In this document: piece after piece, positions 16,516-28,817 of the stretch | Numbering within the stretch: the stretch's first letter is position 1 | How the letters are laid out: every line of letters begins with the position of its first letter | DNA from: Vitrella brassicaformis CCMP3155 | Taxonomy: Eukaryota > Protista > Chromerida | DNA length: 64,000 bases | Direction of reading: 5' to 3' | Assembly: GCA_001179505.1 (NCBI GenBank) | Contig: CDMY01000477.1 | Coordinates: forward strand, 1-64,000 | Program-made: the position numbers and the translations under genes | Notes under the pieces: model-generated | What the model saw: only the letters and a program-made list of their open reading frames with translations | The model's database searches: none | What the model was told of the DNA's origin: nothing

Positions 16516-17661
16516 CGGCAGGACTGTGGTGATGGTGGTGGTGGTGGTGGTGTTGTGTGCACAGACATTCTTCTAGCACCGATTTCTCTGTGTATGGCCG
16601 CCCGATTGTATCCATCCCTTCGCTGAGTGGCTGGCCGGGGGTATGCGCGTGTGTCTGCCTGTACACAAATACTACTGGTATAGATGGATGGATGGATGGT
16701 GACACAGACAGGGATGTGCCCGCGGATCGATCGGTTTGCTGTGAGTTTTCATACAGGGAAGTAATGTAAGGGAGGTCGGTGGCTGGGTAGGTGCCTCTGG
16801 ACAGGTTGATGGATAGATGTGATCGGCGGGGCGGGTAAGACAGACAGACAGGCAGGCAAGCAGCGGACAGTACGGGGGGTGACAGGATCGATTGCCTGCA
16901 CTTAACGAGCATTGAGAGGATCAGCGACAGATATGAGTCTCAACTCAAACATTCCCATACACGCACGACACACGCACGGCATGTGTGACACGGAGACATC
17001 TATCGGTTCGAAGAAAACACCAATATATAAAATGTAAGCAACGATTGATCAGGTCACCTCTTCCCTGGCGTCTGTCGAATGAAAGGACGAGACACACAGG
17101 TATAAAATGTAGGCAGAGATGTCCTCTCCCGTCCCCTCTTCTCCTGACACCGCTGGTTCCTGCTCTTCCGCTTGCGGGGCGCCTTGCCGCCACCACTGCC
17201 CCCATCTACCCCTGCTGGAGGTGCTGCTGCATCCATTGCGCCCCCCTCACCCCGGTGTGTGCCGCCCTCGAGCTGTACCTTGGGGGCCGGCTCCTCCTGC
17301 TTGTCGTCCGCTGCTGCTCTACCTGATGCTGCTGCTCTCCGTGCTGCTGGATGGACATGCGGCCCGCCTCGCTCATGTGGATGTGGTCGTGCAGCCCATA
17401 ATGTCGGTTGCCGTGGTCCTCCTCCTGCATCGTGGCACCGGGTGCCTTGGCGTCCTCTTGCGAGGCGTGCTTGCGCTTGCCGAACAGCAGGCCGCCCATC
17501 AGGCCCGTGCTGGCCGAGGGTGTCTTCTTGTCGATGCTCTTGCGGCCAGCCGGGGATGTCTTCTTGTCGACTGCACACACACATACAGTACAGACAGACA
17601 GACAGACAGACAGGTGTGTGTGTTTAGGGGGGTTGTGCGGCCGGCCGGCCAAGTACAGTCA

Positions 17662-18296
17662 GTACCTCGGCGTCTCCGGTGTCGACTTCCTCGAGGAGGG
17701 CGGCCAGGGTGTTCTGCATGGCCTGCTCGACGCGCGAGAGCCAGGCGCTGAGTTCGGGGTCGTCAGAGATCTTGACAGCAGACTTGAAGTGCACCACCTC
17801 GTCCTCGCGACAACTGACATGGATCGACATCGATACGTACGGCCACGTCACGTGTGTGTTGGCTTGGGTGGTGTTGGCTGGCTGGCTGGCGTGGGGTGGT
17901 CTGGTCTGGGGCACCGTACCTCATGCCGACGATTTGGTCCGGGTCTTCGGTGTCGACTTCGAGGGCGGTGATGCCGGCAAACATCTTGTTCAGGTGCCGC
18001 TGCACCATCTTGACGTCACGCGAGTTGAAGATCATCTCCACCAAATCGGCGTCGCCTGGATGGAGGAACGAAGGAAGGAACCCACACACACACACACACC
18101 CCACACACGCACTTATTGGGAGGGGGGGGGTGGGTGTCTCGCAGACTTGCGTACGTACCGACGAAGTAGAATCTCGCGAAGTTGGATCGCTGCTTCTCTA
18201 GGTAGTCGCCGAGGGCCTTCTGGATCTTGGACAGCAGGTCAGACAGGTTCTTGGACAGCAGGTCAGACAGTCGGTCCAGACTCTTCTGAATGCCCC
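17662..18296 (-). pseudogene. Cytoplasmic dynein heavy chain fragment (linker/DHC_N2 region), 3 exons with introns retained
   Basis: [15 protein letters not shown](NLSDLLSK)[22 protein letters not shown]|[32 protein letters not shown]..|REDEVVHFKSAVKI..LSAWLSRVEQAMQNTLA; contains a 24-nt internal tandem duplication. Confidence 0.85.
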
Positions 18297-20109
18297 CTTG
18301 TCGCTGCTTATCGATGAACACAGCAAGCTGCTGCAGCGAAGTGCTGGGGCGGCAAAGACACACCAATATAAAATGTAGGCAGAGATATGACTCGATCCTC
18401 TTCGCCGGCAGGGCGGGGGCCTACACATGGCAGAAGGAGATGGTAGAAGAAAAGGATACTGCTCCTTTATCTACCTTGGCTGTTTTATCTATTGCTGGCT
18501 GCCTGGTTGGTCGGATGGATGCGAGATGGGTGCCGCGTGTGGTGTTCTTCATCCGTCGGGCGTCGGGGGTGCTGCAGGCGACGGCGACCTCCTCCTGGCA
18601 GAGGGTGGGGGAGTGGGCGCGCGTGGGCGTGGATGGGGGGTCGAATCCCTCATGCGGGAGCTTCGCCGCAGCTGCTGGGGGGGGTGATGGTCCCGTCACC
18701 TCCACTTGCAGGTCCTGCATCATGGGACGCAGACAGACACGAACCGCACAAACCCATTCATGTGTGGTGGAATGAATCGTCTGTGCGCGTAGGTGCATGG
18801 ACCGACCTTTATGGCTGTCGGCGGCTCCTCCCTCGCAAAGTACTTGGTCCACTCGAGCAGCGGCCGGAACCCCACTGTCTTGCGACCAGTGGGGCCCTGC
18901 CGCATGCACGAGCGGAGGGCTCGGGCGGGCGGGCTGGGGTGCCTGGCGGCCTTGCGTCGGCGCTCCCGCCTAGCGGCGTTTTTGGCCGTCCTCTTTTCGC
19001 TCCCCAGCCTCTCCTCCTCCGCCCTCCTCCGCTCTCTCCTCTCCTTTCGCCGCTGGTCACGGCTTTTCGGCGGGGCTGTGCTGCCTGTCGGCTGGTGGTG
19101 GTGGTGGTGGTGGTTGCTGTGTGGGGTGTCGATGGCGCCCCCGGCCTCGTCGCTGCTGGCGTCGGCGGCCTCAGGGACGGCCGTGGAGTCGTCCCTCTCG
19201 TCGCCCTCCTCCTCTTCCATGCCCGGCATCTCGTCCTGGTCCTCCTGGTCCTGGCCAGGCTGCTGGTCGGCTGCATCGGCCGGCGCGTCCTCCTCGTTGG
19301 GCTTCTCGTCGACGTCACCGAAAATGTCCGCATAGACATTCTGATAAGGGAGATGCAGACAAACGGTGAAGACCACACACTATGTGGCTGGTTGGTTGTT
19401 TGTCTCTCTCTCCCTGTGTGTGTGTGTGTGTGTGTGTGTGTGGTGCCAGCTCGCTTACGGTGAATGGCTCGGGCTGCATGACGGGCGGCAGCATGACAAG
19501 GACCACCAGGTCGGGCTCACGATCGTCGACCTTGCGCTGCTTGTCGTCCAAATAGTTGTCCAGGTGCTCGCGGGGCTGCATGTATGTGAACCGCCGACGG
19601 CTGCCCTTAAGCTGGGATGGCTCGTTGTCGGCCTTGAGGCGTACAGCAGCATCGACTGCCAGCCACCAGCCACCCGAGCGCTGCTGCGCTGCCCGGGGCC
19701 CCAAGAGCCGGTCGTGCACAGATGTCCCCTGCTGCTGGTGCTGGTGGTGGTGCTTGGGTGGCCGCGACGAGCCGTCCGTCTGCGCCTCGAGCTCACTCAG
19801 CAGCCCCTCGTAGCCCTCAATGAGCGGCTGGCCCAGCCTCTGCGCCAAGAGGTTGTGCCTGACGATGATCTGGCGCATCACTTGGGGCACCTCTGCAGCC
19901 ACGTCGGGGTTGTCGGCCACCCGGATCTCCTTGTAGAGGTACTGAGGGGTGAGCTGCTGCGTCTCGGCAGTGGTGGGCGGGAGCAGCTCCTTGAGCTTCT
20001 TGCTGATGTCCTGCACCAACTTCATGATCCGCTCCTTCTCCTCGGGCGGCACTACGTCGCCGCGGGGGAGGGTCGTGGGCCGAGTGTCAGCAGGCGGCCG
20101 ACATGCAAA

Positions 20110-20560
20110 CGGCGACAGATCTGCACACACAGACGCGAGACACGTGCAGTAGAGTCAATCAGTATCTTTCGACAGCTCACAGGCCCTTTGCAGATCATTG
20201 GAGTGGAAAGGCGGTGCGGTGGAAGGGACGTCATGAGTCGATCGAATATAAAATGTAGACACCGATCTGCACACCAAGAGGGCCTCCTTCTTGTCCTTCA
20301 GCAGGCGTGTGCTCTCCTGAGAGTCACAGCAGACATGGGAAAACTCAGATGAGTACCCACAGCCCGTCAGGCGTACCGGTCCTTCTGGCTGATCTGGGTC
20401 TTCAGGTTGGGGGTTTTCCTCCCCATCAAGGCCGCCTTGCGACCCACGATCTGCTCAGAAGGCCTCCGACTGCAACGACCTACTACACACACACACACAC
20501 ACACACACACAGGCAAAGATGTGTACGGTGTGTGTGTGTGTGTATACGGGTGTGTATGTG
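20110..20560 (-). repeat. Inverted copy of the 5850-6290 module, with a 1-nt insertion in the exon
   Basis: The reverse complement reads ggaggccttcTgagcag versus ggaggccttcgagcag at 5938. Confidence 0.9.
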
Positions 20561-21076
20561 TACCTGGTGATGTCCCTCGATTCGCATTTAAATGACACCG
20601 GTATATAAAATGTAAGCAACGATCAGGTCATCTCTTCCCTGGCGTCGGTCGAATGAAAGGAGAGAGAGAGATACGCTGATATGAAATGTAGGCAGAGATG
20701 TCCTCTCCCGCTGGCGGTGGCGGCGGCGGCAGCGGGTGGGCTTTGGAGGGGTGGTCCTCGCCGCCCTCCTCCGACACGTCTGCCGGCAGAGCTGCAGCTG
20801 AAGCACGCTGCATCTTGCGCAGAAGCAGCAGCTCTGCCGGCCCGAAGAAATATTTGACTCTATACATTGCTGTACCATGGCCTGCTTGGGCCGCACATTT
20901 CCGGGTATCTCCCTCTCCATCAAGGCCGCCTCGTCAGTCACGATCTGCTCGAAGTCCCGCGACTGCAACGACCTACACACACACACACGCACACACACAC
21001 GCGCGCGCGCGCACACAGACACACAGGTAAAGATGGGTACGGTGCGTGTGTGTGTGTGTGTGTGTGGACAACGTAC

Positions 21077-21261
21077 CTGCAGGACTTTCTCGAGGAACTT
21101 GTCAGTGCACTGGAGGTGTCGCAGTCTGCACAGCCGCTTGATCTCGTCGGTGAGGATGTCCACAGTGAACCGCTTCCTCGAGGCGCGGTAGAACTCCAGC
21201 ATGGCGTTGGTCAGGGCGTCGCTGTGGTTGCGCAGACCCAGCAGCATCGCTCTCGCCGTAC
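21077..21261 (-). pseudogene. Single exon fusing two non-adjacent cytoplasmic dynein segments
   Basis: RAMLLGLRNHSDALTNAMLEFYRASRKRFTVD (resembles the end of AAA3) fused in frame to ILTDEIKRLCRLRHLQCTDKFLEKVLQ (resembles the segment just before the AAA2 P-loop). Confidence 0.7.
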
Positions 21262-22363
21262 CTGCACGCACCAGGATACAGCACAGCAGAGAGACACGGC
21301 AGGTGAGCATCAGATGGCTCTCATTGGGCTCATCTTCATCTCAGCATGCATCACGTGGGAGCCCGCCTGACTGCCTCGCTGCGACGCCCAGGTGCCTTTC
21401 CGGCGCCCACAGACACGCCCTCCCATGCAGCCCTCCACCACCATGCAAGGAGCCCTTCACCGAATCCCTCACGGCCTCGCTGCGCTGCCTCCACGCCCCT
21501 CGCACCACCTCCTGGAAGACCTGCTGCTCACCATTCGAGTATGTGCGTTGTATCGACCAGTCCTCGCAGTCCGGCTCCTTCATCATAGTCGATAAGCGAC
21601 AAGAGCACACCACAGAACTTGCGAAATTGCAGACCACAGAACTCGTGAAATAGTCGCTGAAAACTGTTTCATGGGTATACATACTGTAGTGGGGCTGCAG
21701 AAGGTTGGTATGTCTTGCGTGGTGGGGGTCGCGGGCCTCGCCGCCTGGCCCAGTCAGTCCTAGTAGTAGCCATGTCCGGAGATCAGTGACGTGAAGTGGT
21801 CCCCCTCGTTGGTCATCAGTCCGTAGTCGTCTGTGGGTGTAGTTCGGGGGTCTTGTCGACGTAGTCGCCGCCGCAGGCAATGCATGTGTCGGGGGGGGGA
21901 TGAAAGGGCAGGGGCTGGATAGTGGGGGCTTCATTTCTTCCCCTTGCCTGCACACAGACACGCCACACGCACAGAGACACAGGCGGAGGCGTCAGTCATC
22001 ACTTCGCCGCGGCATGCAGCGATACCAAGAGATCTACGTGCGTCTGTCTGTCTGTCTGTCTGTCTGTGCACAGTATGTACTGCATGTGCGCGTGCTGTGC
22101 AGCCGTCCGCACCCTTTTCCTTGGCCTTGGCCTTCGGTTTGGGCTTCGCCTTCTTGATGGGCGGCTTGCTCACGATAGTGATGGGCGTTCTGGGGGATGC
22201 GGCCTCCTGGGCGTGTGTCTTGACCATTTTTCCTCGCCTTGTCGAACCAGCCCGCGTCCGCCACACCTTTTTTCCTGAAATGGAAAAGAGTTGTCTGTGA
22301 AGCAGCAAAGGCAAAGTTAGTGCACTATCAACACCTGATTCTTTGACTAGCTAGAATACTTCA

Positions 22364-22720
22364 TTCACCTGTTGAGGACTCCGTCGAGATAAGGAGACGG
22401 CCATTAAGAGGAAGAACCAAAGTTTCATCATCTGCAGACAGAATTGGCCAAAAGGAAAGGACGTGATCACACCATCCATATACCACACCGCCATCGCCGC
22501 AGGCGACAACCACTCATCAAGTCCATCGCCAAGTCACCAACAAATGTGAGGTGTGCCTAAGGCGACGGGCTCCTAATTTCATGTGCAGGCGTCATTCGCA
22601 TCACCGCACACAAGCGCACCACACCACGTCACCACACACATGAACTCACTTGTTGAGGACTCCGTCGGGAAAAAGAGACGGCCATGAGGAGAAAGAACCA
22701 AAATTCCATCATCTGCACAC
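22364..22720 (-). repeat. Duplicated ~77-bp exon-like unit (22364-22440 and 22644-22720) upstream of the chimeric locus
   Basis: Both copies read tgcag|atgatg...ttctt...gccgtctc...gacggagtcctcaaca|gtga on the - strand, with acceptor and donor sites. Confidence 0.75.
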
Positions 22721-23432
22721 AAGCATGCCGACAGGGCACAGTGAGACCACCACAGGAATGAAACGGACTGTGCAGTCACCCTTGAACATCATGCACATGC
22801 CATACCGTCACCACCCAACACAGAGACAATGAGACGTGCACTCACCTGAGAGGATGTTTTGAAGACCAAAGAAGGCGTCGTCGCAGTCAGCTGACGCCAG
22901 GCAGGTGTCAGGGAGTCGCCAGCTGTTCAGCAGACGGCAGGGCGGCACCGCCTGAGGCCGCCTCCCTCGTGGCATGGCGGTGGAGGAAAAAAGTGGCGGT
23001 TTTCATCCGGACGAGTTGGAGGGGTGGAAGGGGATGGGGCGGACCACACGAGCCAAAAAGAAGATGAAAACAAAAAGAAGCGGGGCATCTGTGGCCGCAA
23101 GAAGACTGAGAAGCCGAGTGCGAACGAAAACTGTGAAAGTGGGATAAATTCTTGTCGCGAATTTTTGAATTTCTCGTCCCGTCTCCAATTCTCGCCGAGG
23201 GAGATCATTGCTTGCGTCATCTCTTCGGTGAGCAAAAGAGATGCTTGAGACGCCCAGTGGGCAACAGTGGGCCAAAAAACTGAGCTCGCATCAATTGCGG
23301 GACAACTCGCCTAGCAGTGCTGTGTTGCTGAGTTTTCCGCTGCCGTTATATTTCGATTGCTGTATTGGTGGCGAGGCAGCATGCGGTTGTTCGTAATGTT
23401 GGATCAGTCCGGATTCTGACTCGTCTGTGATT

Positions 23433-26346
23433 ATGTCGAAGCGCCACCATTACGATTTCGACGACGACATCCTGCAGGTGATCCCTCTCGGTGCCGGATG
23501 CGAAGTCGGGAGGTCATGCATCTTCCTCAAGTTCAAGGGCCGCACGGTGCTGCTCGACTGCGGCCTGCACCCGGCACACACCGGCATATCTGCCCTCCCG
23601 CTGTTCGACAACGTGGATCTGTCGTCGGTTGATCTCTGCCTGGTGACGCACTTCCACGTGGACCATGCGGGCGCGGTGCCCTATCTCCTCACCCAGACGT
23701 CCTTCAACGGCCGCATCTACATGACCCAGCCCACCAAGGCCATCTGCCAGCTCATCTGGCAGGACTACTCACGGGTGTCGCGGTACGCCATGAGCTCGGG
23801 AGAGGGCAACAGGTCCGGCCTCTTCAGCGAGGAGGACATCACGGCCGCAATGGAGCAGTGCTACACGATGGACTTCCACCAGCAGATGGAACACAAGGGC
23901 ATCAGATTCACTGCCTTTGGAGCGGGCCACGTACTGGGCGCCTGTATGTTCTTGGTGGAGATCGCTGGCGTGCGGGTGCTCTACACGGGTGACTACTCTA
24001 GGGAGGAAGACCGGCACATGCCCCGGGCAGAGCTGCCGCCCCTCCATGTCAGCTAAGGGCCACTCATGGACCACGCTGACTCGTGGCAATCAGTCACCTG
24101 TGCGTCCGTGTGTGTGTGTGTTGTCAGGTGAATGTGTTGATATGCGAGTCTACATACGGCATCGCCATTCACGAGCCGCGCAGGGAGCGTGAGATGAGGT
24201 TCCTCAAGGCCGTCCACTCGATTGTGCGGCGCGGCGGCAAGTGCCTCCTGCCGGTCTTTGCCCTCGGCCGCGCACAGGAGCTGCTGCTGATGTTGGACGA
24301 GTACTGGGACGCCAATCCTGACCTCAAGGACCAAGTAAGGGGCAGCTGCGTGGATGACAGATGTACTGGCTCGTCTGGATCTCTCTGCGTGTGTGCGTGT
24401 GTGTGTGGTCAGGTGCAGATCTTGTATGCGTCGCCGATAGTGTTCAAGTGCATGAAGGTCTTCGAGACCTTCATCAACTTCTGCGGCGAGCCTGTCAGGC
24501 AGGTGAGCGGGGAGTGGGCGATGGATTAATGCGACACAGCCACTGATGTGTCCGTTTCGATCTCACCAGGTAGCGGACCAGGGTGTGAATCCGTTTGAGT
24601 TCAAGTACGTCAAGACCATCCAGCGCATCACCGAGGGATACAGAGACTGGGTCTACCAGCCAGGTACGCCACACAAGAAACACAAAGTCACCGGCCTATT
24701 CGCATGTGATGCTGTGTGTGTTGTTCGGCAGGTGTGCCGTGTGTGGTGATGGCCGCCCCAGGGATGCTGCAGAGCGGACTGTCGCGAGACCTCTTCGAAG
24801 CATGGGCACCCGACAAGTGAGGGCGTGTCGACACACACACACAACGAACGCCGGTCTGACGAGCGCGTCGTGAATGCACGAATGTGGGTTATGTGTTGCT
24901 TCAGGCGGAATGGTGTGATCATGACCGGGTATTCCGTCAAGGGCACCCTCGGCTCACAGCTCAAGTCAGAGCCTGTCGAGATACAGAGCCAAGACAAAAG
25001 CGTCCAAGTAAGGCATGCTTGAAGTTGCACACGTGTCAGTTCACGGATGTCCGTTTGCTGTGTGTGCAGGTGAGCTGTTCGGTGGAGTTCATATCCTTCT
25101 CTGCCCACGCCGACTTCGAGCAGACTCGTGAGTTTGTGGAGCAGCTCAAGACCCCAAACGTGGTGCTCGTGCACGGAGAGAAGGACGCCATGGCCAGGCT
25201 CAGGAACAAACTGCAAGTGAGAGAGGGGCGACACACGGAAGAGCAAACAGTCCATAACACAATCTTCATTCCCCTCTTGTCGTTCCTCCCTCCCTCCCTG
25301 ATTGATTTCTGGCATGCAGGAGTTGCATCCCTCCCTGACGGTGATGACGCCAGACTTGGTGCAGAAGGTCGACCTGGAGTTCCCCCGTGACAGGCAGGCC
25401 CTGGTCGTCGGCAAGCTGGCACAACAGCTGGAAGACGCCACCGCAGAGCCGCCCAGTAAGAGGCTGCAGCCCATGACCAATGGACAGCAGCCGGCACCAG
25501 CAGCAGCGGCACCATCAGCTCATGTGGAGGGTGTGCTGGTGGTCGACAAGAAGCAGGAGCCGCTGCTGGTGCACCCGGACGAGTTGGCACTCTACAGCGA
25601 CGTTAAGGTGTCGTCTTTGGAGGAGGTCTTGCGGGTGGACTTCCCACTGTCTGGTGAGCTGCTCGAGGGCGCCTTGAGGGACCTTTATGAGGACATTGAC
25701 GTGACTGTGGATAAGGACGTGAGGGAGCTGCTGGTCAATGGCGCGGTGCGGGCGAGAGTCGACACTGCAAAGAAGACGCTCGAACTGAGATGGAAGGTAG
25801 GTATGGGGGCGGAATAGATGGATGGATGGATGGATGGATGGCAGCCGACACGCCATGTGTATGCCTGGTGTGTATGCGTGTCTATGGTACAGGGGTCTCC
25901 GCTGAACGATCTGGTTGCGGATTCCATCTCGTTCACGGCACTGGAGCTCATCAAGAAGCCGACGCCCCACCAGGCCCTGCAGTGGGCGGAGAGGGGCGGC
26001 GACGACGAGGGCCGCATATTCGATGTGGTGGAGTGTTACGTGCGGGAGAACTACAGCGATGTGGAGGTGGACAGGGAGGCGCGGCAGATAGACATGGAGG
26101 CGGAGGGCAAAGTCAAAGTCCACATCGACTTCCCCAACAGAAAGGTCCGCTTCATCCCATCCACACAGCACGGGGGGCTCTTTTTCGTGGGCATGCATTG
26201 TACTGACTTTGTGTGTGTGTGTGTGTGTGTGTGTGTTGGTGACCCATTCATGACAGGTCGAGTGTGAGCGTGCTGAAGTGGCGGTCAAGGTGCGCCAGGG
26301 GCTGAGGAGGTGCGAGGCCGCCATGATCCCTATCTCATCCGCATAG
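23433..26346 (+). CDS. CPSF3: Cleavage and polyadenylation specificity factor 73-kDa endonuclease (metallo-beta-lactamase/beta-CASP)
   Basis: [88 protein letters not shown]; C-terminal [11 protein letters not shown]. Confidence 0.97.
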
Positions 26347-26552
26347 CCAGAACAGATGGATGGACCGATAAAGGGGCTGATTGACGCGGTCAGTGTGTAT
26401 TGTGGGTGCATCGATTGTGTGTGATGTGACGCCGACTAATGAGTCATGTCACCCAGATAGAAAACTTCATAAGATTGACAGATCTCCGGCCATCGACGCC
26501 AGCACCTCCGCGCAGACGTCTCACTGAGAGGCGCTGGAGCGGTCGAAGAGGC

Positions 26553-26617
26553 CAAAGAGGAGAGGAAACCTGAAGAGGCAGCCTGTGTGGGTTTCCTCAG
26601 GTTTCCTCTCCTCTTTG
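26553..26617. other. Perfect 21-bp inverted repeat (hairpin) with a 23-nt spacer
   Basis: caaagaggagaggaaacctga (26553-26573) is the exact reverse complement of tcaggtttcctctcctctttg (26597-26617). Confidence 0.9.
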
Positions 26618-26947
26618 CAGAAGCCACACCGCACAAAGCAGAAAGGTTGCAGGTTCGGTTCGTGGAGCTCGCGTCTTGTAAACGTGGGAAACGTCCGTCT
26701 TGTAAGTGTTGTACTGTGGAGGCGCGACGCGTGCAGTGGGAGACATCGGTAGGTAGAGACACTACACGTATATCTGCAACGTCTGTCCGAGTCAACATAC
26801 GTTTGTACAAACGGGCGGTTCTGCGACCAGAGCACTACTACTTTCGGGTCAGAAACGAGTCTGGGGGATGGTAAACGAGTCTTGTAAACGGAGTCCGGAG
26901 GGTTTTCGCATCACCGCAGCCCTTTCTTCAAGGACCCCTTCCTAACC

Positions 26948-28508
26948 ATGCCGCCGCCCCTCTGCCTTTTGTGCCAATCCACCAACACACACACACAGAC
27001 CAGCAACGTCGTGGTGGGGATGGCCGAGTACAAGAAGGCGGGCCGGGAGATCTGCCGAGCCAAGTGCTGCGATGCGACCTACCACGTCGTGTGCATCGAC
27101 AAGAAGCTCCAACAGCCACAGAGCGGCGGGCGGATGACGTGTTTGGCGTGCAAGGTGCGCTGGCCGATGGGAGAAGAGACGCGTGGCTGGATGTGTCTGT
27201 GCCATGGATGGATGGTGCCATTAGGCCGCGATTGAGGTGACGGATCTCGTACCCATCAAGATGCAGACCGCAGGGCTGCTCCATCAGCAGATTCTCAAGC
27301 ACCTCAAAACACCCACTACTCCCTCTCCCTCGCCCGCTGCCGCCACGGGTCTCATCACTCCCAACCTGCCATTGCCGTGTCGCACAAACAGCAGCAGCAG
27401 CACAACCATCACCACCACCAGCCGCAACCATTGCAACAATGGCAAGACCCTGAGGTGGATGGCAAAGCAGAAAGTGCCGACCGTTGTGGTGGGTGTTGCA
27501 GAGGGGCAGGGAGAGGGACAGGGGCCGCCTGGCGAGCCGATGATGGGGTCGTCCGTCAGCTTTGCAACAACTCCCGCAGACCAAGTACGCAGGATGGACG
27601 CCTTGGCCGTCGGTTTGACCCTGATTTGCGTTGTGTTGTCTGTCTCGCCATCCGCGTCAGGTGTGTGTTCCATCTGTCTTCCCTCCGAGCACTTGCCCGT
27701 CCATGATGCCCGTGTCATTGGAGGTCCTCCGTGCCGTAATGCCCAACCTGAAGATGTTCCGGCAGACCGACAACACACCGAGCAGCACCGAGACACTCAA
27801 CGACACAGCCGCCCCCTCCCAGTCCACACGCAAGGATACGATACCGACGGCGACCAGGGAGGGGGGCAGGGAGCGATCGCCCCACAAGAGCAGGGAACCG
27901 GGGCAGATCTCCTCCCCCTACAGCGTGGAGGGGGACAAGAGCGAGGGGAGGCAGCTGTTGTGGCGGCATGAGACGAGTGCCAACAGCAGAGGAGCCCGTC
28001 ACAGTCGCAAGGCGGCTAAGGGACCGATGACTGTGTGGCGGGAGAAGAAGGGGCCGTCCACCAGCATGCCAGCAGTGCCGCACACCCGCCCGAAAGAGAC
28101 GGAGACACCCCAGGCCAAGAGACCTGACGACTACGAGGCGGCCCTGTTGCACGCAGGCGGCGAGACACCGGCTGGCGGAGGGGGACGGGTGGCGGCCCAG
28201 CCGCCTGTCCTTGCATTGCCCATCAGCGCAGAGGCCCAGCGCATCTTCGCCGCCCGCACACCATTCCCAGTACGTTAGAGCAGGGAGACACACCTAGACA
28301 CACACAATCCGGTATATGCGGCAGACGAGGGGTGCTTGTTCTGTTGCGGTTGTGGTGCGCAGGTTCGGCGCGATGGCACGGGCGGCATTCCGGAGGAGAT
28401 GCCGCCTCCCTGCTTGTGCACAGAGTCGTGGGTGTCCCAGCTGGTTGGCGAGTGACAGACAGACATTCCACAGCTTCCATACATGTAGATCAGATCGTCC
28501 ATCAATGC
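26948..28508 (+). CDS. Protein with an N-terminal PHD-like (C4HC3) finger and low-complexity remainder
   Basis: CLLC...CRAKCCDATYHVVC...MTCLACK, then a GT donor; downstream S/T/P-rich exons; 3' end uncertain. Confidence 0.55.
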
Positions 28509-28817
28509 TTCATTCACGAGTGAATGAATGGTCTGTCCGTCAAGGCAACTCCATGTCACCCACACCCACACCCAGACCCATCGACGCGTTAATTCATGCA
28601 CGTGAAGCACGTCAGCACTGTGAGTGTACCATCCGTCCACCCCTTCATCATCCCTTCATCAATGAATGCACCATTCGATCACAAATACGTCTTCCTTCCA
28701 ATGGTGGGCGGCCGGACGCACAAACCCAGCCAGCCACCTGCCATGCCACCCCTTCGCCCCGCCCTCTCTCTTGATCCATCTGTGCTGGCAGGGCCGGCCA
28801 TTCATCTCTCTGTTTGT

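Larger units (their letters stand above)
16990..22227 (-). mobile_element. Right patchwork block / chimeric multi-exon locus
   Basis: Shares modules with the left block in inverted orientation; six - strand motif copies (17025, 17101, 18366, 20246, 20603, 20679); dynein fragments; coding-like exons at 18800-19345 and 19460-20120; possible ATG at 22227 (MVKTHAQEAASPRTP). Confidence 0.55.

Noticed and set aside
19366-20352. Long + strand ORF (328 aa) and many similar overlapping ORFs across the window
   Set aside because: Antisense shadows of GC-rich coding exons or microsatellite translations (HTHT, CVCV, DRQT); no independent evidence.
23433-26346. CPSF3 as an unusual finding (benzoxaborole target in apicomplexans)
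   Set aside because: All catalytic motifs look canonical; an ordinary housekeeping gene.
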